A stretch of 64,000 bases of DNA from a bacterium (GCA_965216315.1 CBDCFN010000016.1:288001-352000); one strand, 5' to 3'; shown: positions 19,630 through 30,967, counted from the stretch's first letter. Notes: a model not told the origin generated them from the sequence alone. Translations and numbers: made by a program.

Positions 19630-20105
19630 GATGGCTTCTTTCCGTTGGTTAAATGAAAGGCCCCGACGAGGCCCACTAAAAGAAACACCGCGACCAGGTG
19701 GAGGGTGTAAACATATTCCCCAAATACAGCCTGACTCAATGCATCGACGCCGACTGTCTGGGGCGCTAAATCTTGCGTGTTCGCACGGAGCAGGGTGGCA
19801 AACTGAAGGGCCAGAATGCCGGTCAGCAACAACGGCGGAAACCAGCCGCGCAGAATGGCGCCGCGTGATGAGGCCGGAGGGTTGATCATCATGACGACGA
19901 ATAGGAACAAAACGATGATCGCCCCGGCATAAACAATGATTTCCAAGGCGGCCACAAACGGTGCTCCGAGCGAGAAGAAGAGTATGGCCATCGCGATCAA
20001 GACGACAATAAGATAGAGGATGCCGTGCAGGGCCTCGCGTCGGGTGATGGCGAGGAGTGCCGCGGCGAGGCCGATGGCGGCCGTCGTGTAAAATAATGGA
20101 TTCAT
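19626..20105 (-). CDS. nuoJ: NADH-quinone oxidoreductase subunit J
   Basis: [20 protein letters not shown]. Confidence 0.95.
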   Translation of the reverse strand: MNPLFYTTAAIGLAAALLAITRREALHGILYLIVVLIAMAILFFSLGAPFVAALEIIVYAGAIIVLFLFVVMMINPPASSRGAILRGWFPPLLLTGILALQFATLLRANTQDLAPQTVGVDALSQAVFGEYVYTLHLVAVFLLVGLVGAFHLTNGKKPS

Positions 20106-20623
20106 GGCATCAGGCTCCTCAAGTCGATCGGCGGCAATTCGTTTTCGCCTTCGCCTTTATTTTTGGCATTCGTGGCGATGCCGGCGACCTTGTAAAAATT
20201 ATAACCGTGATACTTGCCGGGGCCGTTAATCAATAAATCTTCTTTTTCGTAGACCAGGTTGTTGCGATTGTATTCTCCGAGTTCAACGTCGGGTGTGAGT
20301 TGAATCGCATAGGTCGGACAGGCCTCTTCGCAGAGGCCGCAGAAAATACAGCGTGAAAAATTGATCCGAAACCATTCGGGATAACGGCGGCCGTCGCTTT
20401 CTCTTTCAGCCGCTTGCATCGCGATACAGTCAACGGGGCAGACGGCGGCGCACAGATAGCAGGAGACGCAGCGTTCTTCGCCATCAGGATCACGCGACAG
20501 AATAATGCGGCCGCGATAGCGCGGCGGGAGGACCGGACGTTGCTCGGGATACTGAACCGTATCGGCACGACGTAAGAAGATGTGCTTTAAGGTGACGGCT
20601 AATCCTTTGAGTATGCTTAACAT
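20102..20623 (-). CDS. nuoI: NADH-quinone oxidoreductase subunit I
   Basis: Two CxxCxxCxxxCP ferredoxin motifs. Start taken at ATG 20623. Confidence 0.96.
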   Translation of the reverse strand: MLSILKGLAVTLKHIFLRRADTVQYPEQRPVLPPRYRGRIILSRDPDGEERCVSCYLCAAVCPVDCIAMQAAERESDGRRYPEWFRINFSRCIFCGLCEEACPTYAIQLTPDVELGEYNRNNLVYEKEDLLINGPGKYHGYNFYKVAGIATNAKNKGEGENELPPIDLRSLMP

Positions 20624-20627
20624 AGGT

Positions 20628-21578
20628 CTACCCCACCCATAACCCAATCACCGCGGTTACCAGGATGTTTAATAAAGCGATTTCGATTAAATATTTCCAG
20701 CCAAAGGTCATTAATTGATCGTAACGAACCCGGGGCAGGGTGCCGCGCACCAAGATAAACGAAAAGATCAATACCCCGACTTTGAGTAAGAACCACACGA
20801 GGGGGGGCAACCAGGGACCGCGCCAACCGCCGAGGAAAAGCACCGTTGTCATCGCACTGATCAGTAAAATGCCGAGATATTCGCCGAGAAAAAAGAGAGC
20901 GAACTTCATGCTGCTGTATTCGGTGTGGAAGCCGCTGATCAATTCGTTTTCAGCCTCCGGTAAATCAAACGGGGTGCGCTTCGCTTCGGCAAAGCCCGCA
21001 ATGATAAAGATGAGGAAGGCCACCGGCTGATGGACGAGCATGGGAAGATCTTGTGCCAGGACGATCTCGCGGAGGTTAAAGGTGCCGGCCTCCATGACAA
21101 CGGCGACAACGGCCAGCCCCATCGCTAGCTCGTAACTGATCATCTGGGCGGCGGCGCGAATTCCGGCCAAGAGGGAATATTTATTATTGGAGGCCCAGGA
21201 GCCTAGCGTGACACTGTAGACCCCGAGCGACGAGAGCCCTAAAAAGGCCAACAAGCCGACATTGAAATCGGTGATCCACAGGGTTTCCGTAAACGGGACA
21301 AAGGCAAAGGCGATCAGGACCGAGATCATGACGATAGTCGGGGCGATGAGAAAGATGAAACGATTGGCGAACGGCGGGATCCAGTCTTCTTTGAACATCA
21401 ATTTGATCGCATCGGCCAAAGACTGCAAGAGACCCATTGGTCCGACCCGATTCGGTCCAATCCGGTCCTGGATGCCGGCCAATAAGCGCCGCTCGACCCA
21501 AACCAGTAAGGGCGCAATCGACATCAAGGCGACGATGACAATCAGTACCTTGAGGATAATGGGCAGTGTCAACGTCAT
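20628..21578 (-). CDS. nuoH: NADH-quinone oxidoreductase subunit H
   Basis: [33 protein letters not shown]. Confidence 0.96.
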   Translation of the reverse strand: MTLTLPIILKVLIVIVALMSIAPLLVWVERRLLAGIQDRIGPNRVGPMGLLQSLADAIKLMFKEDWIPPFANRFIFLIAPTIVMISVLIAFAFVPFTETLWITDFNVGLLAFLGLSSLGVYSVTLGSWASNNKYSLLAGIRAAAQMISYELAMGLAVVAVVMEAGTFNLREIVLAQDLPMLVHQPVAFLIFIIAGFAEAKRTPFDLPEAENELISGFHTEYSSMKFALFFLGEYLGILLISAMTTVLFLGGWRGPWLPPLVWFLLKVGVLIFSFILVRGTLPRVRYDQLMTFGWKYLIEIALLNILVTAVIGLWVG

Positions 21579-24187
21579 GAGTGCGACTCCAGTCGGGCGG
21601 CGACGGGTTGGAGGACGTGGCGGGTCTCCGGGTAGCCCGCAGGAATGATGCCCGTGTCTAGGGGAACGCTAGCGTCGAGGCGCACGCGCAGCTCCGCACT
21701 TTGTTGCTGCCAAGAGACCGTGGGGACATCGCCCGCCTTTAAATTCAATTGGGCCGCCGTGTCGGGATGCAGGTCAAGATAGGCGTCCGGTGCCAACTCG
21801 GCGATGCTTGCGCTCTCGCGGGAAGTCGATTCCGAGCCGAAGATTTCCGCGGCGGGGATAAGCAGGATTTCCCCTTTCTTTGACGTGGGCGTTTCCCCCT
21901 TTGACAAAGGGGGATTAAGGGGGATTTTTTCAGAGTCACCATTTGATTCAATGAGCCGTTTCCCCGCCGGCCCGCCGTGCAAGCCGCGCCCCAATTCAAT
22001 CTGAAATTTATTGATGGCCTCTTGCGAATTCCAGCCCGGGGCCCAGAAACGCGGGATGAGACTCGATGGAGGTTCTTCGGGGCTGCCTTCCATGGAAAAA
22101 CTCAAGGGGGTCTCGTCATCCTCGGGCGGACGCAGATGCTCGCGCACGTCCCGGATATCCGGCATGGCCGTGCGCCCACTGAAGCGATGGCTCAGACGGC
22201 CGATTTTTTGGCCGTGCAGTTTAAATAAGGCGGGCGGGGCAATCTCCAGGGCCGGCCGAAAGACGGGCTTTCGTTCCGCCAGGTCCGTCAATACGTCTTC
22301 CGGATGGGGCCAAAGTGCGGACCGTGTTTCCCCGGACCGGTTAGGGAGGTCGCGGAGAACTTCCCAGGCCTGCGGAACCCACGGTTCCGGCAAATAAACT
22401 TGGAAGGCCCGGCCCGCCCGGCCTTCCGCGTTGACCCAGGTGCCATTGCTCTCAGTGGGCGTCGCGACGGGAATAACCTCGGTGGCCAGCGATGTCAGTA
22501 CCGATTCGGAATGATCCAAGACGAGGAGCCGGTCGAGTTTGGCATGAGCGGCTTGCAGGCTTTTACCGTCATCGATGCGATCGAGGAGATCGTTTTCGAG
22601 TACGATCAGGCGTTGGCTTTTTCCCGTTTCGATGCGGGTCAGGATGTCGGCCACGGAGTGACCGCCGATGAGGCCGATTCCGAGCGTGTTGGCTTCCGGA
22701 AAGGCGATCAGAAATCGGGCTTGTTTGCCTTGATCCGTTAATGTCTGAGTCAGTTGGCCGGCCTGTTGCAATAGCGCGCTCAGTCCATGGTTGAAGCCCA
22801 CGATGATAAGCGGGCGGGTGGCCGCCTGCAATGCGCTGGTCACTTGGGCTTCAAAACTGTCTTTGGCGCCGGTCCCCGCCGTTATCGATTCCGTGGCATG
22901 AAGAAGTTCAGTCGGAGTCAATGATTGTCGGGCCGTTGCCACGGCATCCAGTGCGGTCCCCCGTGACGATGCAATCCAGAGTGAGGCCCCTTTTTTAACG
23001 GCCTGACGAATTGACAAATCGTGCCGTGGAATTTCGTTGGTGACGTCGCAGCCGATCACGAAAATAGCGTCGGCGGATTCGATATCCGGGAGTGTCGGCG
23101 TGGTGATATTCTCTTGTTGGTAAATCGTTGCGCCGACGTTCACCAGTTCATGCTGGACGCCGGATAGTCCATTGGAAAAATTCTCTTCACCGACCAGTTG
23201 CATCAAGGCGTAGTTTGCCTCCAGCGAGGCACGCGGCGAACCGATGCCGACGACAGGAGCCTCGTCGCGGCAAAAGTCTTGAATGATTTGCCAGGCGGCC
23301 TGTCGATCATCCACATGGTGGGACCCGCCTTTTTGGATTTGGGGTTCACGGAGTCGATCATCGGAGTTATTGAAACCGAAACCGAAGCGGCCCCGGTCGC
23401 AAATAAAGTAGCCATTGACTTCTTCGTTGTACCGCGGCAGGACGCGGCGCAGTTCGCCGTAGCGGGCGCCTGGTATCGTGTTACAGCCGACGCTGCATTG
23501 GGTGCAGATGGAGGGGGCGGTCGCCTGATCCCACTTGCGCGTGTAATTCGAGCGGAAGGTCTTGTCGGTAAAAACGCCGGTCGGGCAAATATCAATGAGG
23601 TTGCCCGCAAAGGGATTTTCGAGCACGCCGTCTTCCGTGCGACCAAAATAAACGTCGTTGTGTTGTCTCATGACGACGAGATCATGTCCGCCCGCGTAGT
23701 CTTGATAATAGCGGACACAGCGATAACATTGGATGCAGCGGTTCATCTCGTGGTTGATGAGCGGGCCTAAATACTGATTGGCATGCGTTTGTTTGGGGCC
23801 GCGGTGACGGCGGGTGCGATGACCGGTCATGACCGTCATGTCCTGGAGGTGGCACTCGCCGCCTTCATCGCAGACCGGGCAATCGTGAGGGTGGTTGATC
23901 ATCAACAACTCAACGACCATCTTGCGGAGCGCCGCGGCCTGCGGGTCTTCGATCGAAATCCTCTTGCCATCGGCAACCGGTTCCATACAGGACATGATGA
24001 TACGTCCGTCCTTGTCGTCTTCATCCTTGTAGGTCTTTACCGCGCACAGGCGGCACGAACCGACGGACCCCAGTGCCGAGTGATAGCAAAAATAGGGGAG
24101 ATCGAGGCCGTTATCCAGGATGCCTTCGAGGCAATTGCGCCCTTCGCCGACTTCGTATTCTTTTCCGTCTATCAATAACTTCGGCAT
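21575..24187 (-). CDS. nuoG: NADH-quinone oxidoreductase subunit G (long, E. coli-type)
   Basis: PYFCYH...GSCRLC, NHPHDCPVCDEGGECHLQD, RCIQCYRC, CTQCSVGC. Confidence 0.96.
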   Translation of the reverse strand: MPKLLIDGKEYEVGEGRNCLEGILDNGLDLPYFCYHSALGSVGSCRLCAVKTYKDEDDKDGRIIMSCMEPVADGKRISIEDPQAAALRKMVVELLMINHPHDCPVCDEGGECHLQDMTVMTGHRTRRHRGPKQTHANQYLGPLINHEMNRCIQCYRCVRYYQDYAGGHDLVVMRQHNDVYFGRTEDGVLENPFAGNLIDICPTGVFTDKTFRSNYTRKWDQATAPSICTQCSVGCNTIPGARYGELRRVLPRYNEEVNGYFICDRGRFGFGFNNSDDRLREPQIQKGGSHHVDDRQAAWQIIQDFCRDEAPVVGIGSPRASLEANYALMQLVGEENFSNGLSGVQHELVNVGATIYQQENITTPTLPDIESADAIFVIGCDVTNEIPRHDLSIRQAVKKGASLWIASSRGTALDAVATARQSLTPTELLHATESITAGTGAKDSFEAQVTSALQAATRPLIIVGFNHGLSALLQQAGQLTQTLTDQGKQARFLIAFPEANTLGIGLIGGHSVADILTRIETGKSQRLIVLENDLLDRIDDGKSLQAAHAKLDRLLVLDHSESVLTSLATEVIPVATPTESNGTWVNAEGRAGRAFQVYLPEPWVPQAWEVLRDLPNRSGETRSALWPHPEDVLTDLAERKPVFRPALEIAPPALFKLHGQKIGRLSHRFSGRTAMPDIRDVREHLRPPEDDETPLSFSMEGSPEEPPSSLIPRFWAPGWNSQEAINKFQIELGRGLHGGPAGKRLIESNGDSEKIPLNPPLSKGETPTSKKGEILLIPAAEIFGSESTSRESASIAELAPDAYLDLHPDTAAQLNLKAGDVPTVSWQQQSAELRVRLDASVPLDTGIIPAGYPETRHVLQPVAARLESHS
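21894..21927. repeat. Short palindromic mini-repeat in-frame within nuoG
   Basis: TCCCCCTTT-GAC-AAAGGGGGA followed by TTAAGGGGGATTT; encodes IPLNPPLSKGE in NuoG. Confidence 0.6.
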
Positions 24188-24189
24188 GC

Positions 24190-25458
24190 TTATAATTCCG
24201 TTCCGAGCAGGTGCGCTTCAAAGGCCGGCCGAAATTTCTTTACGGCACTGACCAGCGGTCCCATTGCACCGAGTGCAAGGGCGCAGAAAGCGTTGCGTCC
24301 CAAGAGCGGGCCTTCTTCGAGGACGATACCCAGCTCTTCCATTTGGCCGTCTCCCTGGAGGAAGGCCCGGATGATATCGCGCATCCACGGCAGCCCTTCG
24401 CGACAGGGTGTGCACCACCCACACGATTCTTGTGCAAAAAATTCCATTAAGTTGGCGGTGTAGCCGACGATGTCCGTCTTGTCGTCCACGACCATCACCG
24501 CCGCGGTCCCCAGGCGATTGTTGATGGCTTCGAGGCCGGTAAAATCCATCGGCACATCAAATTCATCCGGGGTCAGAAAGTCCGTCGAAGCCCCGCCTGG
24601 AATGATGGCCTGAATGCCGTAGCCATCTTGCATGCCTCCGCATTGCTCTTCAATGATCTCAATCAGGGGAACCCCCATCGGAAGTTCGTAACAACCGGGT
24701 CGCTTGACGCGGCCACTGACGCCGAAGATCTTGGTGCCGGAATCGGTACGCAGACTAATGTCGCGGAACCAATCGTCACCGTTGAGCATGATGTGGGGGA
24801 GGTTGCAGAGGGTTTCGACGTTGTTGACGATGGTCGGTTTGCCCCACAGTCCTTGTACCGGAGGAAAGGGGGGCTTGCTGCGCGGATTGCCGCGCTTGCC
24901 CTCTAACGCATTGAGCATCGCGGTTTCTTCGCCGATGATATAGCGCCCCGCACTGCTTTTGACATATAAATCAAAATCGAGTCCGGACCCGAGGATGTTT
25001 TTACCTAAATAACCCTTAGCATAGGCCTGTTCAATCGCTTGCTTGAGGCGTTTGACGCCGACATGGTAGGCCCAGCGCACGTAGATATAACCGATGTTCA
25101 TATCCATCGCGTAGGCCGCGATGATCATGCCTTCGATGAGTTGGTGAGGATCGTTCTCGATGAGCAGGCGATCTTTAAAAGTTCCCGGTTCCATCTCGTC
25201 GCAGTTGCAGATAAGGAACTTGGGCTTTGGCGAATCGGGTCCCTGGGGGACAAAGCTCCATTTCATCCCGGTCGAGAAGCCCGCCCCGCCGCGGCCCCGC
25301 AAATCGGATTCTTTGACGACGCGAATCAAATCCGCGGGCGCATGCTTGAAAACCTTTTTGAGTCCCTCATAGCCGCCGCTCTTTTCGTAGTCGGCGATAT
25401 CGAGGACGGGTTGGCCCGCCGCGCGCATGCGTTTTAATAAAACGAGTTTTTCTTCCAT
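24190..25458 (-). CDS. nuoF: NADH-quinone oxidoreductase subunit F
   Basis: LRGRGGAGF, DEMEPGTFKD, ESCGWCTPCREG. Confidence 0.96.
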   Translation of the reverse strand: MEEKLVLLKRMRAAGQPVLDIADYEKSGGYEGLKKVFKHAPADLIRVVKESDLRGRGGAGFSTGMKWSFVPQGPDSPKPKFLICNCDEMEPGTFKDRLLIENDPHQLIEGMIIAAYAMDMNIGYIYVRWAYHVGVKRLKQAIEQAYAKGYLGKNILGSGLDFDLYVKSSAGRYIIGEETAMLNALEGKRGNPRSKPPFPPVQGLWGKPTIVNNVETLCNLPHIMLNGDDWFRDISLRTDSGTKIFGVSGRVKRPGCYELPMGVPLIEIIEEQCGGMQDGYGIQAIIPGGASTDFLTPDEFDVPMDFTGLEAINNRLGTAAVMVVDDKTDIVGYTANLMEFFAQESCGWCTPCREGLPWMRDIIRAFLQGDGQMEELGIVLEEGPLLGRNAFCALALGAMGPLVSAVKKFRPAFEAHLLGTEL

Positions 25459-25465
25459 TTCCCTT

Positions 25466-25491
25466 ACGGGCGCAGCGAGCGGCGCCCCTAC
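25466..25491 (-). repeat. GTAG-type REP-like palindrome
   Basis: Minus strand reads GTAGGGGCGCCGCTCGCTGCGCCCGT; its TAG is the nuoE stop codon. Confidence 0.55.
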
Positions 25492-25955
25492 TCCTTTTCT
25501 TTCGCCAAGATCTGCTCGATCTCTTCCAGTTTAATTTTGCTACACAACTTTTTGCCGACCAGCATGCTCGGGGCTTGGTCGCAATTGCCAAGGCAGACGA
25601 TGGGCAAGAGGGTGAATGCCCCATCTTCGCTGGTCTCGCCCATTTTGACCTTGAGTAATTCTTGGAGTCGCTCGCGGATTTCCGGTTCGCCCATCGACCA
25701 ACACACGGCACTGTTGCAGAGGTGAATCACTTTTTTGCCGACGGGTTGGCGGTAGATGAGGTTGTAGAAGCTGGCGACCGATTCTAGTTCGTCCGCACTG
25801 ATTTCCAGGAAGTCAGCGGCATCCTGCATCGTTTCCGGTGAGATCCAACCGCGCTTTGCCTGCAGCCAGTTCAGCACGGAAATCTTTGCCGCGTGGCGGT
25901 GCACGTAGCCTTCGACTTCGTGCTCCAGTGCTGCTTTTTCTTCTTCCGTTAACAT
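25488..25955 (-). CDS. nuoE: NADH-quinone oxidoreductase subunit E
   Basis: SVASFY, CNSAVC, CLGNCDQAP. Confidence 0.95.
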   Translation of the reverse strand: MLTEEEKAALEHEVEGYVHRHAAKISVLNWLQAKRGWISPETMQDAADFLEISADELESVASFYNLIYRQPVGKKVIHLCNSAVCWSMGEPEIRERLQELLKVKMGETSEDGAFTLLPIVCLGNCDQAPSMLVGKKLCSKIKLEEIEQILAKEKE

Positions 25956-25958
25956 TTC

Positions 25959-27743
25959 TTACCTATCTATATCCGCTAAGACGTAATCCAGGCTTCCCAA
26001 GACCGTGAGCAGGTCGGCGACTTGATGGCCGCGGACGAGCATGGGGAGCGTCTGCAGATGATTAAACGACGGGGTCCGAATGCGGAGTCGGTACGGCGTC
26101 GTCCCCCCGTCACTGACAATAAAATAACCGTTGTTGCCCTTGGGCGCCTCGATCGAGGCATGAGCGCCGCCGATTGGATAACTGAAGCCCCAGCTCACGC
26201 CGAGAAAGTGGTGGATGAGACTCTCGATGTCCTCCATTGTCTCCGCCTTCTTGCCCGGAACGGCCAGCGGGTGATCCGCGATATAATCACCCGGCTCGAT
26301 ACGGTTCATGACCTGATCAATGATGCGCAAGGATTGCCGGACCTCTTCGATGCGCACGGTGCAGCGGGCGTATGAGTCGCCCGCGGTTGCAGTCGGAATA
26401 TCAAAGTCGTATTCGTCGTAACCGCTATAAGGACGTTTTTTTCGAAAATCCCAGTCGAGACCGCACGAGCGGAGATTCGGTCCGGTGACCCCCCATTCAA
26501 TCGCTTCCTGTAACGTGTACACGCCGACGCCCTGGGTACGGGCCTTAAAGATGCCGCTCTTGGGCATCAAGGTGACGAAGTCGTCGATGTTTTTTTGTAA
26601 TTGTTCCGCGAAGGTCTTAACCATGACCTCCCACCCGGTCGGCAGATCTTGCGCAACGCCACCGATGCGGAACCAGTTGGGATGCATGCGGTCTCCCGTA
26701 ATCGCCGCGACGATGTCGAAGATACGTTCGCGATCCTTGAAGGTCCAAAACACCGGCGTCATCGCGCCGACGTCATGACCGTAGGTGCCGAGCCAGACGA
26801 GGTGACTGGCAATGCGATAGAGTTCGCACATTAGTACGCGGATCTGTTGCGCACGTTGCGGGACGCGGATGTCAGCGAGTTTTTCGACGGCCAAGAGGTA
26901 GGCGAGGTTGTTGTTGACGCCGCCCAAGTAATCGATGCGATCCGTGTAGGGAATAAAAGTATGGAAGGTCTGGCGTTCGCCCATCTTCTCCGCGCCACGG
27001 TGGTGAAAGCCGATGTCGGGGACGATGTCGACAATCTCTTCGCCGTGCAGCCTTAAGATCATCCGCAGCACGCCGTGGGTTCCCGGATGGTTCGGGCCGA
27101 GATTGAGATACATGTATTCACTGTCAGAGTCTTCCGTGTCGTTGGGCAGTCCCCATTCTTCAGGACGGAAAGTCAGCGCGTCTTCGTGTTGTTTGTATTC
27201 GGCTTCGCTCTGCATGTAGGCCGGCAGCTCGGTTGCGCGCGCGGGATGATCCTTGCGCAGCGGATGGCCGACCCAATCCGGCGGATTGAGAATGCGGCGC
27301 AGGCAAGGATGGTCTTCAAAGGTAATCCCGAACATATCCCAGGCCTCACGTTCGTACCAATTGGCGGCCGGCCAAATGTCGGTGACGCTGGGAACACTCA
27401 GTTGATTTTCGCTTAGGGGAACTTGCAGCCGGATGTCGCTGTTCCGTTGGTACGAGAGCAGGTGGTAGACGACGCTGAAGTCTTCGCCGTCGACCTTGCC
27501 TTGGCGGCGGGAGCGCTCGTCAATCGCGGTCAGGTCGTAAAAGGCCTGGTAGGGGCGGTCAACCTCGCTCTTTAAAAAACTCAAGATGGGTTTGCATTGA
27601 TCCGCCGCGACTTTCAGAGTGGGTAGCTCGTCTTGATATGTGACGCGTTCCAGCTCCGTCTCGGGAAAACGCTTTTTGAGGGTCTCGACTATCGTATGAT
27701 CATGTTCCACTTTTATGACTTCCTCTTGAATCCCTTCATCCAC
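25959..27743 (-). CDS. nuoCD: Fused NADH-quinone oxidoreductase subunit C/D
   Basis: NuoC motifs ([19 protein letters not shown]) and NuoD motifs ([28 protein letters not shown]) in one ORF. Confidence 0.96.
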   Translation of the reverse strand: MDEGIQEEVIKVEHDHTIVETLKKRFPETELERVTYQDELPTLKVAADQCKPILSFLKSEVDRPYQAFYDLTAIDERSRRQGKVDGEDFSVVYHLLSYQRNSDIRLQVPLSENQLSVPSVTDIWPAANWYEREAWDMFGITFEDHPCLRRILNPPDWVGHPLRKDHPARATELPAYMQSEAEYKQHEDALTFRPEEWGLPNDTEDSDSEYMYLNLGPNHPGTHGVLRMILRLHGEEIVDIVPDIGFHHRGAEKMGERQTFHTFIPYTDRIDYLGGVNNNLAYLLAVEKLADIRVPQRAQQIRVLMCELYRIASHLVWLGTYGHDVGAMTPVFWTFKDRERIFDIVAAITGDRMHPNWFRIGGVAQDLPTGWEVMVKTFAEQLQKNIDDFVTLMPKSGIFKARTQGVGVYTLQEAIEWGVTGPNLRSCGLDWDFRKKRPYSGYDEYDFDIPTATAGDSYARCTVRIEEVRQSLRIIDQVMNRIEPGDYIADHPLAVPGKKAETMEDIESLIHHFLGVSWGFSYPIGGAHASIEAPKGNNGYFIVSDGGTTPYRLRIRTPSFNHLQTLPMLVRGHQVADLLTVLGSLDYVLADIDR

Positions 27744-28399
27744 TTAAACAGCGGCGGCCGACTATCCGGAGCCGCCAACAACCCTTGCTTCTTGCGCTCG
27801 GCCCGCTTCTCGATCCGGTTGACCGGGCCTTCCCAGGCCGGGCGCTTGCCGTCGGGTTCGATGACCCAGGAGAGTGGGCGGTGTTCGCTGCCGATCTTGT
27901 CGCGTAGCAGCAACAGCCCTTCCATAAAGGCCTCGGGCCGCGGCGGGCAGCCGGGGATGTAGACATCCACGGGCATGAAACTGTCGACGCCCTGGACGAC
28001 GCTATAAATATCGTACATGCCGCCGGAATTGGCGCAGGAGCCCATCGAGATGATCCAGCGCGGTTCCATCATCTGGTCGTAGAGCCGCTTGATGACGGGG
28101 GCCATCTTTTTGAAGACGGTTCCCGCGATGACCATGAGATCGGCCTGGCGCGGCGTGCCGCGCAGGACTTCCGCTCCAAAGCGCGCGACGTCGTGCCGGG
28201 AGGTCAGCGAGGTCATCATTTCCACGTAACAACAAGACAGGCCGAAGTTGAACGGCCAGATCGAATTCTTGCGGCCCCACTTGACCAGGCTGTCTAAGGT
28301 CGAGAGGATCACGCCTTGACTGACGTTCGCCGCTTCGGCGCTCGGTAGCTCTTCGCCGGGTTGAATCCGCTGGCTTGCCGGAGGCATCAAGGGGTTCAT
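27713..28399 (-). CDS. nuoB: NADH-quinone oxidoreductase subunit B
   Basis: [32 protein letters not shown]. Start ATG 28399 overlaps the nuoA stop. Confidence 0.96.
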   Translation of the reverse strand: MNPLMPPASQRIQPGEELPSAEAANVSQGVILSTLDSLVKWGRKNSIWPFNFGLSCCYVEMMTSLTSRHDVARFGAEVLRGTPRQADLMVIAGTVFKKMAPVIKRLYDQMMEPRWIISMGSCANSGGMYDIYSVVQGVDSFMPVDVYIPGCPPRPEAFMEGLLLLRDKIGSEHRPLSWVIEPDGKRPAWEGPVNRIEKRAERKKQGLLAAPDSRPPLFKWMKGFKRKS

Positions 28400-28767
28400 C
28401 GCCGCACCTTCTTGTTGATGATCTCCAGGCCGCCCTTTTGCCAGGGGTAGATGAGCCCGGCGAGCAGCAGGACGATGAAGATCGTGACATGGGCCAAGCC
28501 GGCCCAACCCGCCTGCTTGTAGCGGTAGGCCCAGAGCAGGATGAAGGCGACTTCGAGATCGAAGATCAGAAAGAAGATCGCAATGCGGTAGAATTGGATC
28601 GGAAAACGGTTGCGCGCGCCGCCGGTCGGGACGATGCCGGACTCAAAGACCTCGTTGCGGGCCCCGCCGCGGTGGCGGCCGCCGAGCAGCCAAGTAATGA
28701 GTAAGACAGTCGCGGCCAGAGCGAGAACGACGGCGATGTAGAAGATGAAAGGCCCCAGCATTTCCAT
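28396..28767 (-). CDS. nuoA: NADH-quinone oxidoreductase subunit A
   Basis: [14 protein letters not shown]. Confidence 0.95.
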   Translation of the reverse strand: MEMLGPFIFYIAVVLALAATVLLITWLLGGRHRGGARNEVFESGIVPTGGARNRFPIQFYRIAIFFLIFDLEVAFILLWAYRYKQAGWAGLAHVTIFIVLLLAGLIYPWQKGGLEIINKKVRR

Positions 28768-28976
28768 AAGATTTGGACAAGCTCCCTAGTTTACCGCTCG
28801 ATTGTGAAACGGACCGCGACCAGAACACTAACATTCTCGCGCAGATACACACGTTATTGGGGTAAAAAAGCGGGCTGAAACTACCGTTTGCGGGGGCTTG
28901 ATGTCAAGGAGATGGGTCAGGTGATGACGCACTATGTCGATGAGCTAATTAATTGGAATCCCTAGCGGAAAAACGA

Positions 28977-29005
28977 TTGACAATTATCCACAGGTCGCTC
29001 ATAAC
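28977..29005 (+). promoter_or_regulatory. Sigma70-like promoter of speD-speE with a DnaA box in the spacer
   Basis: TTGACA (28977-28982), N17, CATAAC; TTATCCACA at 28984-28992. Confidence 0.5.
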
Positions 29006-29139
29006 AGGGCCCGATTTTCGCTTTGGGTCCCCGTGCGAGGGGCGGCGTTGCCGCGGCGCGGGGAAGAGCGATTATCTTTTTATGACGGTTAACCAACAAG
29101 GCTATAAAAACAGCCCTAATCGACGCGAGGTGGGGAGAT

Positions 29140-29595
29140 TTGTCTCAATTAGGCACCCATTTCATCGCCGAGTTCTGGGAATGTCCAGGCGAGGTCTTGA
29201 ACGATCACGATCGTTTACGTGACTTGACTCACGAGGCGGCGATGTCCGCCCGTGTGACTGTGCTTAACAGTCAGTTTCACCAGTTTTCCCCCCATGGGGT
29301 GACTGGAATTCTTCTCTTATCTGAATCCCATTTATCCATTCACACTTGGCCGGAACGTGGTTATTGCGCGACGGATTTATTTACCTGTGGTGATCCCGTC
29401 GCGGCCCGTGATGCCTTGTTGGAGTTGGCCAGTCGCATGGGGGCGGGTCGTGTTGAGCTTCAAACTATCGCCCGCGGGTGTACCGGTGCGATCGCCAACC
29501 TGAGTGTTGAAAGTCGCATCCTCTATCCGCCGTTTCAGTGGACACCGGCGCCGGCGACGCCAGCGCTGCACCGAGCCCATGTCACCGAAGAGTAA
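29140..29595 (+). CDS. speD: S-adenosylmethionine decarboxylase proenzyme
   Basis: HQFSPHGVTG, LSESHLSIHTWPE (self-cleavage E-S), DLFTCG; adjacent to speE. Confidence 0.92.
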   Translation: MSQLGTHFIAEFWECPGEVLNDHDRLRDLTHEAAMSARVTVLNSQFHQFSPHGVTGILLLSESHLSIHTWPERGYCATDLFTCGDPVAARDALLELASRMGAGRVELQTIARGCTGAIANLSVESRILYPPFQWTPAPATPALHRAHVTEE

Positions 29596-30451
29596 CGAAA
29601 AGACCGTTTATACCGGCTTTGAAGGCGAGCGGAGTGGCTATTACTTCGACGTCCGCGAGACCCTCTTTGATCAGCAGAGTGAGTTTCAGCGGGTCCAGAT
29701 CGTCGACACCTACGATTATGGAAAAATTTTATTGCTTGAAAACGAAGTCATGACGACGGATTGGGACGGTTTCGTCTATCCGGAGATGCTCATGCATCCG
29801 GCCCTGATGAGTCACGCGGCGCCGCAGTCGGTAGCGATCATCGGCGGCGGTGACGGCGGTGCGGTGACCGAGACCTGTCGGCATCCCGATGTCGAATCGG
29901 TGCAGCTCTGCGAAATCGACGAACTGGTCGTGACCGCCTCACGCGAATTCTTTCCCAAGCTGGCCGCCGGGCTCAACGATGAGCGTGCCCGATGCTTTTA
30001 CGAAGAGGGCGGGGCGTGGTTGCAGAAGAATCCCGCGAGCTTCGATGTGTTGGCGGTTGACGGGACGGACCCGATCGGTCCCGGCGTGCAACTCTTTGAA
30101 GAGGCGTTTTATCAAACGTCGTTGGCCGCGTTGAAGCCGGGCGGTATCTTTGTGCAGCAGGTCGAGAGCCCGTTTTATTGTGCGCCGCCTAAAAAGACGG
30201 TCTTTGATTTGAGTTTCCCCGAGATCATCCAACGCGCGCGGGCGGTGTTTCCACGCGTGCACGTCTACACCGCGACGATTCCGCTCTACATCGGTGCGCT
30301 CTGGTCCTTCATGATCGCCGGCGACGAAAACCTGTCGATCGATCCGCGTCCCGAGCGCTGGGAAAAGATCCAGGGCCAGACGCGTTACTACACCCCGGAA
30401 ATTCATCGGGCGGCCTTCGCGCTGCCGGCCTTCGTGCGCGAGTTGATTTAA
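29579..30451 (+). CDS. speE: Polyamine aminopropyltransferase (spermidine synthase)
   Basis: SEFQ, IIGGGDGG, CEID, DGTDP, RYYTPEIHRAAFALP. Confidence 0.93.
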   Translation: MSPKSNEKTVYTGFEGERSGYYFDVRETLFDQQSEFQRVQIVDTYDYGKILLLENEVMTTDWDGFVYPEMLMHPALMSHAAPQSVAIIGGGDGGAVTETCRHPDVESVQLCEIDELVVTASREFFPKLAAGLNDERARCFYEEGGAWLQKNPASFDVLAVDGTDPIGPGVQLFEEAFYQTSLAALKPGGIFVQQVESPFYCAPPKKTVFDLSFPEIIQRARAVFPRVHVYTATIPLYIGALWSFMIAGDENLSIDPRPERWEKIQGQTRYYTPEIHRAAFALPAFVRELI

Positions 30452-30523
30452 TAACAACTGCAGCTGATATCTCTAATAATTTCAATGTTGTATGCTTAAT
30501 CTCGCTGAGACTCCTGTTTTGTT

Positions 30524-30552
30524 TGAACCAGCTGCGTACGCGCCTCGTCTAA
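30524..30552 (+). promoter_or_regulatory. ECF (sigmaE-like) promoter candidate
   Basis: TGAACC-N17-GTCTAA upstream of the GAGGAGG SD of the His-rich gene. Confidence 0.45.
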
Positions 30553-30572
30553 ATTAAGGTGAGGAGGGAATC

Positions 30573-30806
30573 ATGCCTAAACGGATTATCGCGTCCCTAG
30601 CGGCGGCGTTCATATTGGTCAGCCTGATGGGCTGCTTCGGGATTCGGCATCGGCATCACCGGCATCACTATGGGCACCATCACCACCACGGGCATCACTA
30701 CGTGGGTCACTACCACGGTCGTCATTATCATCGTCATGGCCCCTACTACAAACGCCATCACCATCGGCGCTATCCGTATCGCTACTGGTCGCACCGGCAT
30801 TATTAA
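30573..30806 (+). CDS. Small His/Arg/Tyr-rich lipoprotein
   Basis: Strong SD, signal peptide with LMGC lipobox, mature part dominated by H, R, Y and G. Confidence 0.75.
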   Translation: MPKRIIASLAAAFILVSLMGCFGIRHRHHRHHYGHHHHHGHHYVGHYHGRHYHRHGPYYKRHHHRRYPYRYWSHRHY

Positions 30807-30967
30807 GTTGTTGGCGCGGGTGGCGTTCCGAGCCCTTTGGAACGACACAGAAGTCGCAGCCAAAGGGCGAGGGCACGACAGGACCCGCGCACTCACTGCA
30901 TCCATTTGTTATGAAATATTAACGGCCGCTTAGCACATTTGTTTCGACCATGCCGATTCATAGGGGC

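Noticed and set aside
14456..28767. nuo operon as novel
   Set aside because: Standard complex I gene order with a known C/D fusion.
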